Assembly (NCBI GenBank): GCA_963712115.1
Contig: CAVQGX010000065.1
Location: 1 to 41,316, forward strand
DNA: 41,316 nt
DNA from: an uncultured delta proteobacterium
Lineage (GTDB): Bacteria > Desulfobacterota > Syntrophobacteria > BM002
Direction: 5' to 3'
In this document: piece by piece, positions 26,727 through 37,007 of the stretch
Position numbering within the stretch: the first letter of the stretch is position 1
How the letters are laid out: every line of letters starts with the position of its first letter
Made by a program: the position numbers and the translations under genes
Notes under the pieces: model-generated
Told to the model about the DNA's origin: nothing
What the model saw: only the letters and a program-made list of their open reading frames with translations
Database searches by the model: none

Positions 26727-26822
26727 CTAGATTCCCGCTTTCGCGGGAATGACGAAAGTATGCGACCCTCCGTCATCCTGGTCCCGCATCAAGTGCGGGA
26801 TGGACTGCGGCGGGGATCCAGG
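26727..26822. repeat. REP/dRS3-like palindromic repeat pair
   Basis: GATTCCCGCTTTCGCGGGAATGACG (ATTCCC-N8-GGGAAT), then an inverted CGTCATCC...GGGATCCAG unit interrupted by TCCCGCATCAAGTGCGGGA. Confidence 0.75.
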
Positions 26823-26888
26823 TAGGTCAAAGCTTCAAGGCATTCAAAGATTGAATTATTGTCCAGTCTCAAATTAGAAAAAGTTTCT

Positions 26889-29174
26889 ATGCCCAGCCCT
26901 AGAGCCTGCATATTTATACTGGTAATTCTTTTTGTTTTCTCCCTTAATCCAACCGCAATTGCTCTGGAGATGTCTTCAAAAAGAAACTGCGCCATTTGTC
27001 ATGTGATGTGGTTGGACGACTTCAGGACTGATAAGGAAACTCTGATTGCCTGGCAACCAGGCAATGTCCTGATGAAAGATACTCAGGGTGTAGTGAGCAC
27101 TGAGGAGATGTGTTACAGCTGCCACGACGGTTACGTCATGGATTCAAGATCCGTTACTTGGAAAAACAAAGGACACAGAACATTCGTAAAACCTTCGAAT
27201 AAGGTTACCATTCCTGCCGATTTACCCTTGAGCAACAAAGATGAAATTTACTGCGGTACCTGCCATTCGGCCCACGGGGGAGGTTCCAATACGGATGCCA
27301 GCATCTCCGGAGGACTTTCTTTTCTCAGAAAGGACAACATCGATTCTTTGATGTGTGAGATGTGTCATACAAAACAAGCATCTTTTAGGCAGTTTAATGG
27401 CCATCCGGTTAAAACGACGTCGTTCGACATTCCCAAAATTTTATTTGAAGCCGGGAGCAAGAGGTCAACAAGGGGAGACAAAGTAATATGTCAAACTTGC
27501 CATGAAGTTCACGGGGCCAGGGGAGACAAGCTCACAGTCATCGACAACAGAGACTCAGAACTCTGCACAATTTGCCACACAAAACAAAAAAGTTTACTTC
27601 AGACAAAACACGACTTCAGGTTTGCTCTACCGGAAGAAAAAAACATGAGGGGACAGAAACCTTCCGAGTCCGGTCCTTGCGGTACCTGTCACTTGCCCCA
27701 TAACGCAAATGGCATCCTGCTATGGGCCAAGCAGATAAGCCCCGCTGACCCTCCATCCCAGATGTGTCTGGCCTGCCACGGCGAAGACTCCGTCCTCAAA
27801 ATAAAGCATATCGGCAACTACTCCCATCCTGTGGACGTTGCTCCTTCACCGACGGAGTCGGCAGCCGGTATGTTGCCCCTATTTTTAGGGAACGGAAATC
27901 AGGATCCCTCGGGCAAGGTTCAATGTTTTACCTGTCACAATGTCCACAGATGGGACCCTACTAATGTGCTCAATATCGGCGGCAAAGACGTCCAGGGCGA
28001 CGCATCAACCAGTTTCTTGAGAATCTCCGGCTTCGGTTCTTCAACCTTGTGTATGGAGTGCCACAAAGACAAAGAGCAATTGTTGACTTCCGACCATAAC
28101 CTCGAGATTACCGCGCCTGATGAGAAAAACCTGCAAGAATTTTCCCCACGGGTTTCAGGCCCTTGTGGAGCATGTCACATACCACACAACGCAGCGGGCA
28201 AGAGGCTATGGGCAAAGCCACTTTCTTCCGACAGAGATTTCTTCGGCCAATTATGTGACAGCTGCCACAGCAAAAACGGGGCAGCAAAAGCAAAACTGGT
28301 TGGGGATAATTCCCACCCCCTCGATGTGTTCCTCGAGAAAACAAAAATAAGAGATATTCGCGAGCAAGTTGCAGAAGAGCTGCCGTTATACAGTGTGGAG
28401 GGCGAGAGGACGCCAGACGGGAAGGTCGTATGTATTACCTGCCACGAACCGCACACCTGGGAGGCAAAAAAATCCGGGCTCCTGGAAAATTATGAGTTGC
28501 GAAATATGGAGGGTGACGCCACCACTAGCTTCCTGAGAAAGGTGAATTCACCTTCACCTGAGCTCTGTAAAATCTGCCATGCCGATGCAGCGGTTGTTGA
28601 AGGAACGCCACACGATCTTCGTAAAACCGGTTTCAAAGCTGACAATTTGTCAGATCAGGATTTGAAACAGTCAGGCTTGTGCGAAGCTTGCCACCTGGTG
28701 CATAACGCTCCAAATAAACTCAAGATCTGGGCAAGGGACTACGGGCCAACCGTGGGGGATCAAAACCCAATGGACGGTCTATGCACCAGTTGCCACTCCA
28801 AGGGGAACATGGCGGAAAAGAAAATTCCCCCTGTAGCCACCCATCCAACAGGAAAATTGATAACCAACGTAGTGGAATTTAGTAAGGACGGAAGGAGCTA
28901 TACACCCATATTTGGCCCGGACGGCAAGGAGAGAAGTTCGGGGAACCTTTCCTGTCCTTCATGTCATAGTGCCCATCAGTGGGGGATCCCAGTGGGGAAT
29001 GGGACGACTGGTAACAAACTGAAGGGTAACTTTGCCAAGAGCTTCAGATTCTTGAGAACTATGAGCTACAATGCCGTTTGTAGAGACTGCCATGGGCCTG
29101 AGGGTTTCTACAGGTATTTATATTTTCACGACCCGAAAAAGAGATTAATATGGATCAACCCACAAGTTAAGTAG
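26889..29174 (+). CDS. 18-heme c-type cytochrome with signal peptide (paired CxxCH type)
   Basis: 18 CxxCH counted, from CAICH to CRDCH; three ~165-175 aa four-heme repeats follow six N-terminal hemes. Confidence 0.93.
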   Translation: MPSPRACIFILVILFVFSLNPTAIALEMSSKRNCAICHVMWLDDFRTDKETLIAWQPGNVLMKDTQGVVSTEEMCYSCHDGYVMDSRSVTWKNKGHRTFVKPSNKVTIPADLPLSNKDEIYCGTCHSAHGGGSNTDASISGGLSFLRKDNIDSLMCEMCHTKQASFRQFNGHPVKTTSFDIPKILFEAGSKRSTRGDKVICQTCHEVHGARGDKLTVIDNRDSELCTICHTKQKSLLQTKHDFRFALPEEKNMRGQKPSESGPCGTCHLPHNANGILLWAKQISPADPPSQMCLACHGEDSVLKIKHIGNYSHPVDVAPSPTESAAGMLPLFLGNGNQDPSGKVQCFTCHNVHRWDPTNVLNIGGKDVQGDASTSFLRISGFGSSTLCMECHKDKEQLLTSDHNLEITAPDEKNLQEFSPRVSGPCGACHIPHNAAGKRLWAKPLSSDRDFFGQLCDSCHSKNGAAKAKLVGDNSHPLDVFLEKTKIRDIREQVAEELPLYSVEGERTPDGKVVCITCHEPHTWEAKKSGLLENYELRNMEGDATTSFLRKVNSPSPELCKICHADAAVVEGTPHDLRKTGFKADNLSDQDLKQSGLCEACHLVHNAPNKLKIWARDYGPTVGDQNPMDGLCTSCHSKGNMAEKKIPPVATHPTGKLITNVVEFSKDGRSYTPIFGPDGKERSSGNLSCPSCHSAHQWGIPVGNGTTGNKLKGNFAKSFRFLRTMSYNAVCRDCHGPEGFYRYLYFHDPKKRLIWINPQVK

Positions 29175-29221
29175 TAGGCCTTCCCACCACCAGTGAGCCG
29201 CTCCAACTTCTATGGGACATA

Positions 29222-31798
29222 CTATCCATGGGCCCCACAGACGGTCTGGTAATTCGGCAGCCTCCCCGAAAATTCTCGTGACAGCCAATATCGCACATTT
29301 CCATTCTCGGGCATGAGACAGTAGGCTCTTAACAATTCGTACTTATTATGGAAAAAACCGTACCTTGCCAGCAGTTGAGCTACCGTCTGCTGCTCGCGAA
29401 TGGCTGTGTGAAGCGTATCTTCTCCTTGTTCGAGGTAGGGAAGAACTGTCGCCTGAAATCTTGGCAGCCGCCATTCCGGCGGTGCCGGCCACAAGGCGGA
29501 TTGCTTGTCGAAGTAGTGGCGATTATCGTTATTGACTCGTGTCTCGCGGCCGATTATTTTCGTCATCGCTGGTTCATCCAGCCAGAAAAAGCCAGCGATG
29601 CGGGCCACTGTGTCGATCTGGTACTCTTCCGCCCGAAACCATTGGGGCAGCTGGTCCAGTTGTCGTTGTAGCCGCTCAGCATCAAGGGAGAAAGGTTCGG
29701 GGGTGGCCAGAAGAAACGCCTGATCTGAGCCGTAGACATACCAAAAGGTGGAGTTGGGGAACACCCGCCGGAAGGTGTTCAGATGTATCCTGAACAGATC
29801 TCCCTGCATGGAACCAAGCACCGGCACCCACTGGGCAAATACACCGCCAGGAAGAAGATGTTTCTTGACGGCCCGGTAGAATTCCTCAGTGTAGAGAATC
29901 CAACTATCGTAAGCCCGCGGATGGGTCGAATCACTAATAATCACCTCATATCGCTTGCTGCTTGTAACCAGGTAGTTTCGGCCGTCGTCGTTGTGAAAAT
30001 GGAACCGTGGCTGGTGAAAAACATCCCCGTTTACCTCGGTAAACAAGTTGTTGATTTCTTCCACATCAGGATTGAGATCCACAACATCCAGGGAAGAGAC
30101 CTGATCAGAAGCCAATACCGATCCTGCTGTGATCCCGGCCCCAAAGGCAATCACCAACACTTCCTTGGGTTGGTCCGACTCATGCACCAGCACCGGAAAG
30201 ACTCCCAGGAGCTTGAACAGTTGGGTGTGCCAATAGCGCGTCGAGGCTTCCTCAACACCGTTTAGGTACATGTCGCGGTAAGTGCCCCTTTTGGGATCCA
30301 TCTGATCGAGGACGGTGACGGTTGCGGCCCGTCCTTCGTGAACAAATAGCAATTTGGTTGAACGGGCCTTGGTTGATTCGGCAAGCTTCTCGGCGTAAAG
30401 ATACATCATCTTGGGCAGGGTCACTGTAAGAACTGCCGCCAGGGAGACAACACTTAGCACAGCAATGGACCAACGGGGAAAACTTCTACCAGGGGAGAGC
30501 AGATTGATAACACCCACAGCAGCACATATGGAAGCCAGACAAATGATGGTACCCTGGATCCCGATGAGCGGGACAAGGTAGTGGTTTGCCAGGCCGGCAC
30601 CAAGGAGACCTCCCACAGTATTGAGCGCATAGAGAGTAGCGGCTTCTCGCGTTGCTTCGCCACGATCCTCCGCTTGGAGCATCCTGATGGCAACCGGTAA
30701 CAGAGCACCGATCAGAATTGTGGGAGCCACTATTAGTCCCAGGATGGGCAATGGGTTTCTTGGACCGGCATCAGCAAACCGGGCAAGGTGGGCAGCGCTG
30801 ACCACCCAATCGCTAAGGAGTAGATAGGGTGTCAGCAAAATAGTTGCCCCTGCTGCCAGGGCAATTAAACCAAATAGGCTGTCGCTCCTGCTGGTTTTGC
30901 GGCGCAACACCCCATAAAGGTAGGTTCCCAGCACCGCACTAATCCCTGTTCCCAAAAGGAAGCCGGTCAGCACCAGGGCAAAGACCGATACAGAATTACC
31001 CAGGTATAAAATACCCAGCCTGGTCAGGAGAACTTCATAAGCGAGGGCGACGAATCCAATTCCGAAGGTTGCAATGTTCAGAAAAGGCCGCAAACTACTG
31101 TTTACCGGGGGGTTGCTCCCGACGGCAAGCGGCGATGGTTCGGCCTCTCGCTGCTTTGACTTTAAAACTGTATTGGCGGTGAGAGCAGAGAGCGCCGCAA
31201 CAATGTATAGAACAAAGGCACAGGTCAAGGTGGTCTGGACGGAGAACTCGAACAAAAGATGGTAGCCCGCGGCAAAGCAACCCAAGGCAGCTCCCAGGGT
31301 GTTAATGCTGTACAAGTAGCCGGTACGCGCTGTTCGTTGTGAGGGCGAATCGGGTGCTGCGCCGGAGATCATTGCCGGAAATGTGGCACCCATGAGGCAT
31401 GCGGGCAGCAAGAGCGCAGCCATGGTTACGACAATGCGTACTATGGTCAAGCTGGCCCGGTGGTCAACGCTTTCCGCCAATGAGGTGAAGAGGTGAGACA
31501 GTAACTCGAACAGCGACGGCGATAGAAGCACATAAATGCCGATGGCAAGTTCCAACATTAAATAAGGAACAAGGGAAGCACGATCTTTACCCAGGATTTT
31601 GCCCCCCACATAGCTTCCGAGTCCAAGTCCTCCCATAAATACCACTATTATCATGGCAGTGGCGCTCAAGGAGTTACCCACGACCACGATCAGCATCCGA
31701 TTCCAGGTCACCTCGGCGATCAGACTACTCGCGCCTGATGCAAAAAAGGCAAGGTAGACCAAGAACACAAAAATGGATGAGCGAAAGTTAAAAGCCAT
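29222..31798 (-). CDS. Fused MFS-like membrane domain / spermidine-synthase-like SAM-dependent domain
   Basis: SGASSLIAEVTW.R, MGATFP and LYSINTLGA TM repeats; LVIAFGAGITAG, VVDLNP, DDGRNYL, IISDSTHP and LYTEEFY. Confidence 0.88.
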   Translation of the reverse strand: MAFNFRSSIFVFLVYLAFFASGASSLIAEVTWNRMLIVVVGNSLSATAMIIVVFMGGLGLGSYVGGKILGKDRASLVPYLMLELAIGIYVLLSPSLFELLSHLFTSLAESVDHRASLTIVRIVVTMAALLLPACLMGATFPAMISGAAPDSPSQRTARTGYLYSINTLGAALGCFAAGYHLLFEFSVQTTLTCAFVLYIVAALSALTANTVLKSKQREAEPSPLAVGSNPPVNSSLRPFLNIATFGIGFVALAYEVLLTRLGILYLGNSVSVFALVLTGFLLGTGISAVLGTYLYGVLRRKTSRSDSLFGLIALAAGATILLTPYLLLSDWVVSAAHLARFADAGPRNPLPILGLIVAPTILIGALLPVAIRMLQAEDRGEATREAATLYALNTVGGLLGAGLANHYLVPLIGIQGTIICLASICAAVGVINLLSPGRSFPRWSIAVLSVVSLAAVLTVTLPKMMYLYAEKLAESTKARSTKLLFVHEGRAATVTVLDQMDPKRGTYRDMYLNGVEEASTRYWHTQLFKLLGVFPVLVHESDQPKEVLVIAFGAGITAGSVLASDQVSSLDVVDLNPDVEEINNLFTEVNGDVFHQPRFHFHNDDGRNYLVTSSKRYEVIISDSTHPRAYDSWILYTEEFYRAVKKHLLPGGVFAQWVPVLGSMQGDLFRIHLNTFRRVFPNSTFWYVYGSDQAFLLATPEPFSLDAERLQRQLDQLPQWFRAEEYQIDTVARIAGFFWLDEPAMTKIIGRETRVNNDNRHYFDKQSALWPAPPEWRLPRFQATVLPYLEQGEDTLHTAIREQQTVAQLLARYGFFHNKYELLRAYCLMPENGNVRYWLSREFSGRLPNYQTVCGAHG

Positions 31799-31972
31799 CT
31801 TTCAACCTTAATTGACAAAGGTGTTTGTAGATCGATGAGTTCGAGGGAGATAAAGCAGCGGGATCGTCAAATAAGCCTGGAAATAGAGAAGTATGTGCTA
31901 ATCAAAACGCCGGGGCAAAAAGCGTAATGCGGCACAATCAGGCTGTAGTGACAATAGCCATTGTCAGCACCA

Positions 31973-32248
31973 TTAGGCGCTATTAAAAAGCGTCTGAAGC
32001 TTTGCCACTAATCCTTTGACCTTACCCACAGTTGGATCCCAGATTTGAGAGTGATTAGTAAACAATGCGGGACTGACAATAAAAACCATAAGTGTAGCTA
32101 CCAACAGAAAGAGATAAGCGAACACTACAATCCAGCTCTCAGAAATCGCCCAGAGAAGCCCAGATCCAACAATTGCGGGAATCCCGCAGACGATAGCAAT
32201 TCCAAATCTTCTACTTATTTCCAATTTACTACCCTCCTTAATAGACAT
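31973..32248 (-). CDS. Small two-TM hypothetical protein
   Basis: MSIKEGSKLEISRR followed by two hydrophobic segments. Confidence 0.6.
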   Translation of the reverse strand: MSIKEGSKLEISRRFGIAIVCGIPAIVGSGLLWAISESWIVVFAYLFLLVATLMVFIVSPALFTNHSQIWDPTVGKVKGLVAKLQTLFNSA

Positions 32249-32354
32249 TTTGTCAGATCCTTTGAGAATGCAAAATTTTTTCTTAGAGAAAAAAGTAAGG
32301 CTGACCACGTAATTGTCAATGTCAAAAAAAGCATTTTAGCGACTGGCCATATAC

Positions 32355-34116
32355 CTATTGATTGGCGATTTGCTCCTCCAGATAGGCCACAATGGACTGA
32401 TATGATTTGTTCTTAGGCTCCAGGCTGAGGGCCTTCTTGGCATCAGTCAAGCCCGACTCAAGTTCGCCTTTCTCGGCCCAGGTAACCCCACGGTTGCTGT
32501 AGGCTTGGGCGTAGTCCGGACTAATCTCCAAGGCCATGGTGAAATCAGAGATGGCTTGGTCAAGATCACCCTTTTGGGCCCAGGCGATGCCCCGGTTGTT
32601 GTAGGCCTGAGCCGCCCGCGGGTCTATCTCTATAGCTTTAGTGAAATCAGAGATGGCTTGGTCAAGATCGTCTTTTTTGAGCCAGGTAAATCCCCGGTTA
32701 GTATAAGCCCTGGCGTCCCTCGGGCTCAGCTCCAAAGCCTTGCTGTAATCAGCAATGGCTCGGTCAAAGTCACCCTTTTCGGTCCAACCGATTGCCCGGT
32801 TGCTATAGGCCTGACTATCTTTTGGATTCAGCTCCAGAGCCTTACTAAAATCTCTGATGGCCTGATCAAGCCTGCCTTTCTTGCGGTATGCCAGCCCTCG
32901 GCTGCGGTACGCCTGGCTGTCTCTGGGATTTATTTCCAAAGCCTTGGTGTAATCAGAAATCGCCTTGTCAAGATCACCCTTCCCGGCCCAGGCCAGCCCA
33001 CGGTTCACGTAGGCCTGAGCGTACCCTGGCTTTAGCTCTATAGCTTCGGAAAAAGCCTTTATGGCCTCGCCGTATCGCCCGGAATTCAACAAAGAAACGC
33101 CACGCTGAAACCTATCTTCTCCTCTATCGGTAATTTTAGCCTTGAGTGACGTTACCAACTCTACATAAGTTCTATTGTTCGGCTCAAGGCTGAGAGCCTT
33201 TTCTGCGTCGGCAAGACCCCTGTCGACATCGCCCTTTTCAGCCAAGGCTGCGCCTCGATTGTAATAAGCTTGCCCGTCCTTTGGGTTCAACTCCAAAGCC
33301 TTGGTGTAATCAGAGATGGCCCGGTCTAGACTCGCCCTTCGCACCCCAGGCCAAACCACGATTTTTATAGGCCTGTCCGTCCCTTGGGTTCCACTCCAAA
33401 GCCTGGGTGTAATCAGAAATCGCCTTGTCAAGATCACCCTTCCCGGCCCAGGCCAGCCCGCGGTTCAGGTAGGCCTCGCTGTATTGAGGGTTTAGCTCTA
33501 CGGCTGCTGAAAAAGACCCTATGGCTTCATCATATTGCCTCGATTTCAGGAAAGTGACGCCCTGCTGAAACCTATCTTCTCCTCTAGCGGCAATGTTAGC
33601 CTTGAGTGCTCTCACCGACTCTACATAAGCTCTATTGTTCGGCTCAAGGCTGAGAGCCTTTTCTGCGTCGGCAAGACCCCTGCCGACATCGCCCTTTTTA
33701 GCCCAAGCTGCGCCTCGATTGTAATAAGCTTGCCCGTCCTTCGGATTCAACTCCAAAGCCTGGGTGTAATCAGAGATGGCACGGTCATAGTCGCCCTTCC
33801 TGACCCAGACCAAACCACGACTGTTATAGGCCTGTCCGTCCCTTGGGTTCAACTCCAAAGCCTGGGTGTAATCAGAAATCGCCTTGTCAAAATCACCCTT
33901 CCCGGCCCAGGCCAGCCCACGGTTCAGGTAGGCCTCGCTGTATTGAGGATTTAGCTCTACGGCTGCTGAGAAAGACCCTATGGCTTCATCATATTGCCTC
34001 GATTTCAGGAAAGAGACGCCCTGTTCAAACCAGTCCTCAGGGGTAATAGACTGGTTCGGAAGAAATGCACACGCCGATATGGCCAGGAGAGCCAAAACAG
34101 TAGCAAGTCGATACAT
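32355..34116 (-). CDS. TPR-repeat lipoprotein (~15 TPRs, ~586 aa) interrupted by a 1-nt insertion near 33330
   Basis: Lipobox ISAC; 34-aa AYxNRG...AISDYTxALELNP repeats. Track ORFs 33310..34116 and 32355..33437 join if one base is removed. Confidence 0.88.
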
Positions 34117-34181
34117 CTCATATAACCTTTCAATTTTTCAATGCCGGAAACTAACGGCGAGTGCGATGGATATTCGCAGGT

Positions 34182-35172
34182 TTATTTTTCAAAGGTAATG
34201 GGCATTTGGTGACACCATTGACACATGGGATCCGGCAACCGCAGCCTATGTGCCAATCCTGCACCCTTTGCTGCTGCTTTTCCCGCGGGAATGACACCTT
34301 TGTCGTGCGGATTGTGGCAGGTAGCGCAGGTAGTTCTTCCCCGTTCATCAAGGGGCAGTATTGCGTCGAATTTTTCTTCCGTCTGCTCTTATTTTGGCCA
34401 GGGTCTTGGCGGTGGGTCTCGCCATGTGATTAAAGCCTCCGCCCCGCATAGCCATTCTGATGTGACATCGTTGGCAAAGCACTCCAAGTTCTCCAATGAG
34501 CTTGGGATCTTCGCGTCCCACTTGTTTTTCATCGGGAACTTCCGCATGGCAAAACAAACATTTCTCTTTGACCATCTCTCCCTTTTCATCAAACTGTTTA
34601 TGGGGATCAAGCATCACATAATTACTCTCATCGTGACACTTGAAGCAGAAATCAGTTGTTCTGCGGTATGGCATTCCTCTGAGCGAATACCTATCGACGG
34701 CTAATTCTTGGCACTGCCGATATAGATCATGGCAGGTGAGACATGTGAGTTTACCTCTTTCCAAGGGAAGATCGGCGGGAATCTTTGTCTGCTTTTTGTC
34801 GGAGGGCACAATGTCCGTGGGATGAATGTAGCTGTCTGGGGTCTTTAAATGGCACTTGCACAAGAGATTATACTCACCACCGTATTTCAAATACTTGTTT
34901 CCACCCCTCTCAGGAGTCTGCTCGTGACACTCTGAACAGTACTTGCCGGTGTAGTGAAATTCAGGGGCCCCGATCACCGCTCTGGTTGCACGCACTATGT
35001 CAGTTTCCTGCCTGATTGGCTCCGTCGTGCCGGACTCCTCTTTGGGTGGATGTATCCGGTAAACCTTGTTTTTGGACTCAGGCCAGACGTATTCCTTGCG
35101 CTTTGTGGTTTCAGTTCCAATGCAGCTCACAATAAGGAGCAATATTACAGCAAGTATTACCAATCGTTTCAT
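34182..35172 (-). CDS. Multiheme c-type cytochrome lipoprotein (7 CxxCH + 1 CxCH) with a 1-nt frameshift near 34390
   Basis: Lipobox IVSC; CSECH, CKCH, CLTCH, CFKCH, CLFCH, CQRCH. The shifted frame continues EQTEEKFDAILPLDERGRTTCATCHNPH...MCQWCHQMPITFEK* to the TAA at 34182. Confidence 0.85.
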
Positions 35173-35723
35173 ATTGGCTATTTCAAAACATTTGAGAGTT
35201 AAATAAAGAGCTTGCGAACCACTAACCGTTTATTTGGAATTATATCCGAAATTTTTCCCTTTTCACCGTCCACCACTTAAAGAATCCACCACATTTTCAC
35301 TATTACCACCAAAAAGTAATCTCACAGGAGAACATATCAATAAGGGCCAACAAATCTGCGCCAACGAGCCCCTTGCAAAATGAAAAGGAATGCTTATATA
35401 AGTCTCGATTATGTTTGTAGCATATACTATATTTTGATGAGAAGCTTCGAACGTGTGAGATAGACCGACATATTTCTAGTTGCAAGATTCAGCATATACA
35501 ATCTCCAGGAAGGGAACCGAAGGTATCTCCTACTTAGCCTACTTTAGCTATAGGGATTGTTATATTTATCATATCTAAATAAGGCTTGACAAGGGTTGGT
35601 TGGGCTAGTGGAAGAAACTTCTCCCAAAAAGTGGAATATGTTAAACTTTTATGATTATTTCATTATGGTGGACTTAATTTTAACCCGTTACATTAACAAA
35701 AATACGAACACTTCGTAAAAAGC

Positions 35724-36341
35724 ATGCATTCCCTGGAAGTCATTAATCTCTGCAAGCATTATACTGAGACCTTGCTATTCAAGGATATCTCTTTTGAGTT
35801 GCATCCCGGTGAGGTGATAGCCATTACCGGGTGGAATGGCTCTGGCAAGAGCACATTGTTACGCATAATTGCCGGGCTTGTGAGACCTTCATCTGGTAAG
35901 GTTGAAATGTCTTTCCAGGGTGAGTCCATACCCAAGGAATCTAGGCGCAGATTTGTGGGGATGGTGGCCCCAGCATTTTCTTTGTACGAAGAGTTGACCG
36001 CCCTTGAAAATTTGGAGTTTTTCAGCAAAGTCCGTGGCATTGCCTATGACCGAAAGAGCTGTCTGGGCATGATGGAGCGAACTGGGTTGAGCGAGAATGC
36101 AAACAAGTTATGCAGAAATTATTCGTCCGGCATGAAACAGCGCTTGAAGCTCGCGCAGGCCCTTCTCCACAACCCTCCCCTGCTCCTCCTGGACGAACCG
36201 GGCTGCAACCTGGACAGCAAAGGTATGAAAATCGTCGAAAACATTATTTCCGCCCAGCGGCAGAGAGGGATGACGGTGATAGCATCCAATGAAAAGCGGG
36301 AGGTGGATTACGGAGACAGGGTCATCAACCTATCTGAGTGA
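35724..36341 (+). CDS. ccmA: Heme ABC exporter ATP-binding protein
   Basis: GWNGSGKST, YEELTALENL, YSSGMKQR and LLLLDEP; first gene of the ccm cluster. Confidence 0.9.
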   Translation: MHSLEVINLCKHYTETLLFKDISFELHPGEVIAITGWNGSGKSTLLRIIAGLVRPSSGKVEMSFQGESIPKESRRRFVGMVAPAFSLYEELTALENLEFFSKVRGIAYDRKSCLGMMERTGLSENANKLCRNYSSGMKQRLKLAQALLHNPPLLLLDEPGCNLDSKGMKIVENIISAQRQRGMTVIASNEKREVDYGDRVINLSE

Positions 36342-37002
36342 GGCCGCAGCAATCTGGCTTCGGGATCTCCGCGGCGAATTCAGAACGCGCTATGCAGTCA
36401 ATGCCATACTGATGTTTGCTGTGACCACCCTGATTGCCGTGAGCTTCTCAATTGGCTCTTTCCGTATCGGAGAGGCGGAACAGCCCTTTTTGTACGCGGT
36501 GCTCTTGTGGATCATTCTGGTGTTTTCCGCCCTCTCCGGCCTTTCTCGCTCCTTTGTAAAAGAGGAAGAGGCCGGCACCATGGACGTGTTGAAGCTTTCC
36601 GCTCGACCACAGGCGGTCTTTTTGGGAAAACTTTTTTTTAACCTAACCCTGCTGGGAGCCTTGGAGCTAATTATCGTGCCCTCATTTATTCTTCTGATGA
36701 ACTACGAGATAAAACTCCCGGGCCTTTTTACCGCCATGGTTGTCAGTGGAGGGATTGGCTTGGGTGGAGGCACCACCATTGTTGCGGCCATGATAGCTCA
36801 GGCCAGCGCCCGGGGGGCGCTGTTTTCCGTTCTTTCTTTTCCCCTCCTTTTGCCCCTTATGATCACGGCTATCAAGGGGTGTGAAAAGGCTGCGGTTGGG
36901 GCGAACAACCCCGGCTGGCCCGAGGTTAGAATTGCTGTCGCCTATTCAATAGTTATGATTGTAATGTCACTTTTCTTGTTCCCCCTTATTTGGGAAGAGT
37001 AA
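36289..37002 (+). CDS. ccmB: Heme exporter permease
   Basis: DLRGEFR, SFVKEEEAGT, FLGK and LSFPLLLP. Exact start uncertain. Confidence 0.9.
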   Translation: MKSGRWITETGSSTYLSEAAAIWLRDLRGEFRTRYAVNAILMFAVTTLIAVSFSIGSFRIGEAEQPFLYAVLLWIILVFSALSGLSRSFVKEEEAGTMDVLKLSARPQAVFLGKLFFNLTLLGALELIIVPSFILLMNYEIKLPGLFTAMVVSGGIGLGGGTTIVAAMIAQASARGALFSVLSFPLLLPLMITAIKGCEKAAVGANNPGWPEVRIAVAYSIVMIVMSLFLFPLIWEE

Positions 37003-37007
37003 ATGCA

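Noticed and set aside
32505-34704. Long plus-strand ORFs opposite the TPR and cytochrome genes, including Cys-rich 34161..34433
   Set aside because: Antisense shadows of real repetitive genes; the CxxC-like patterns lack His and an SD.
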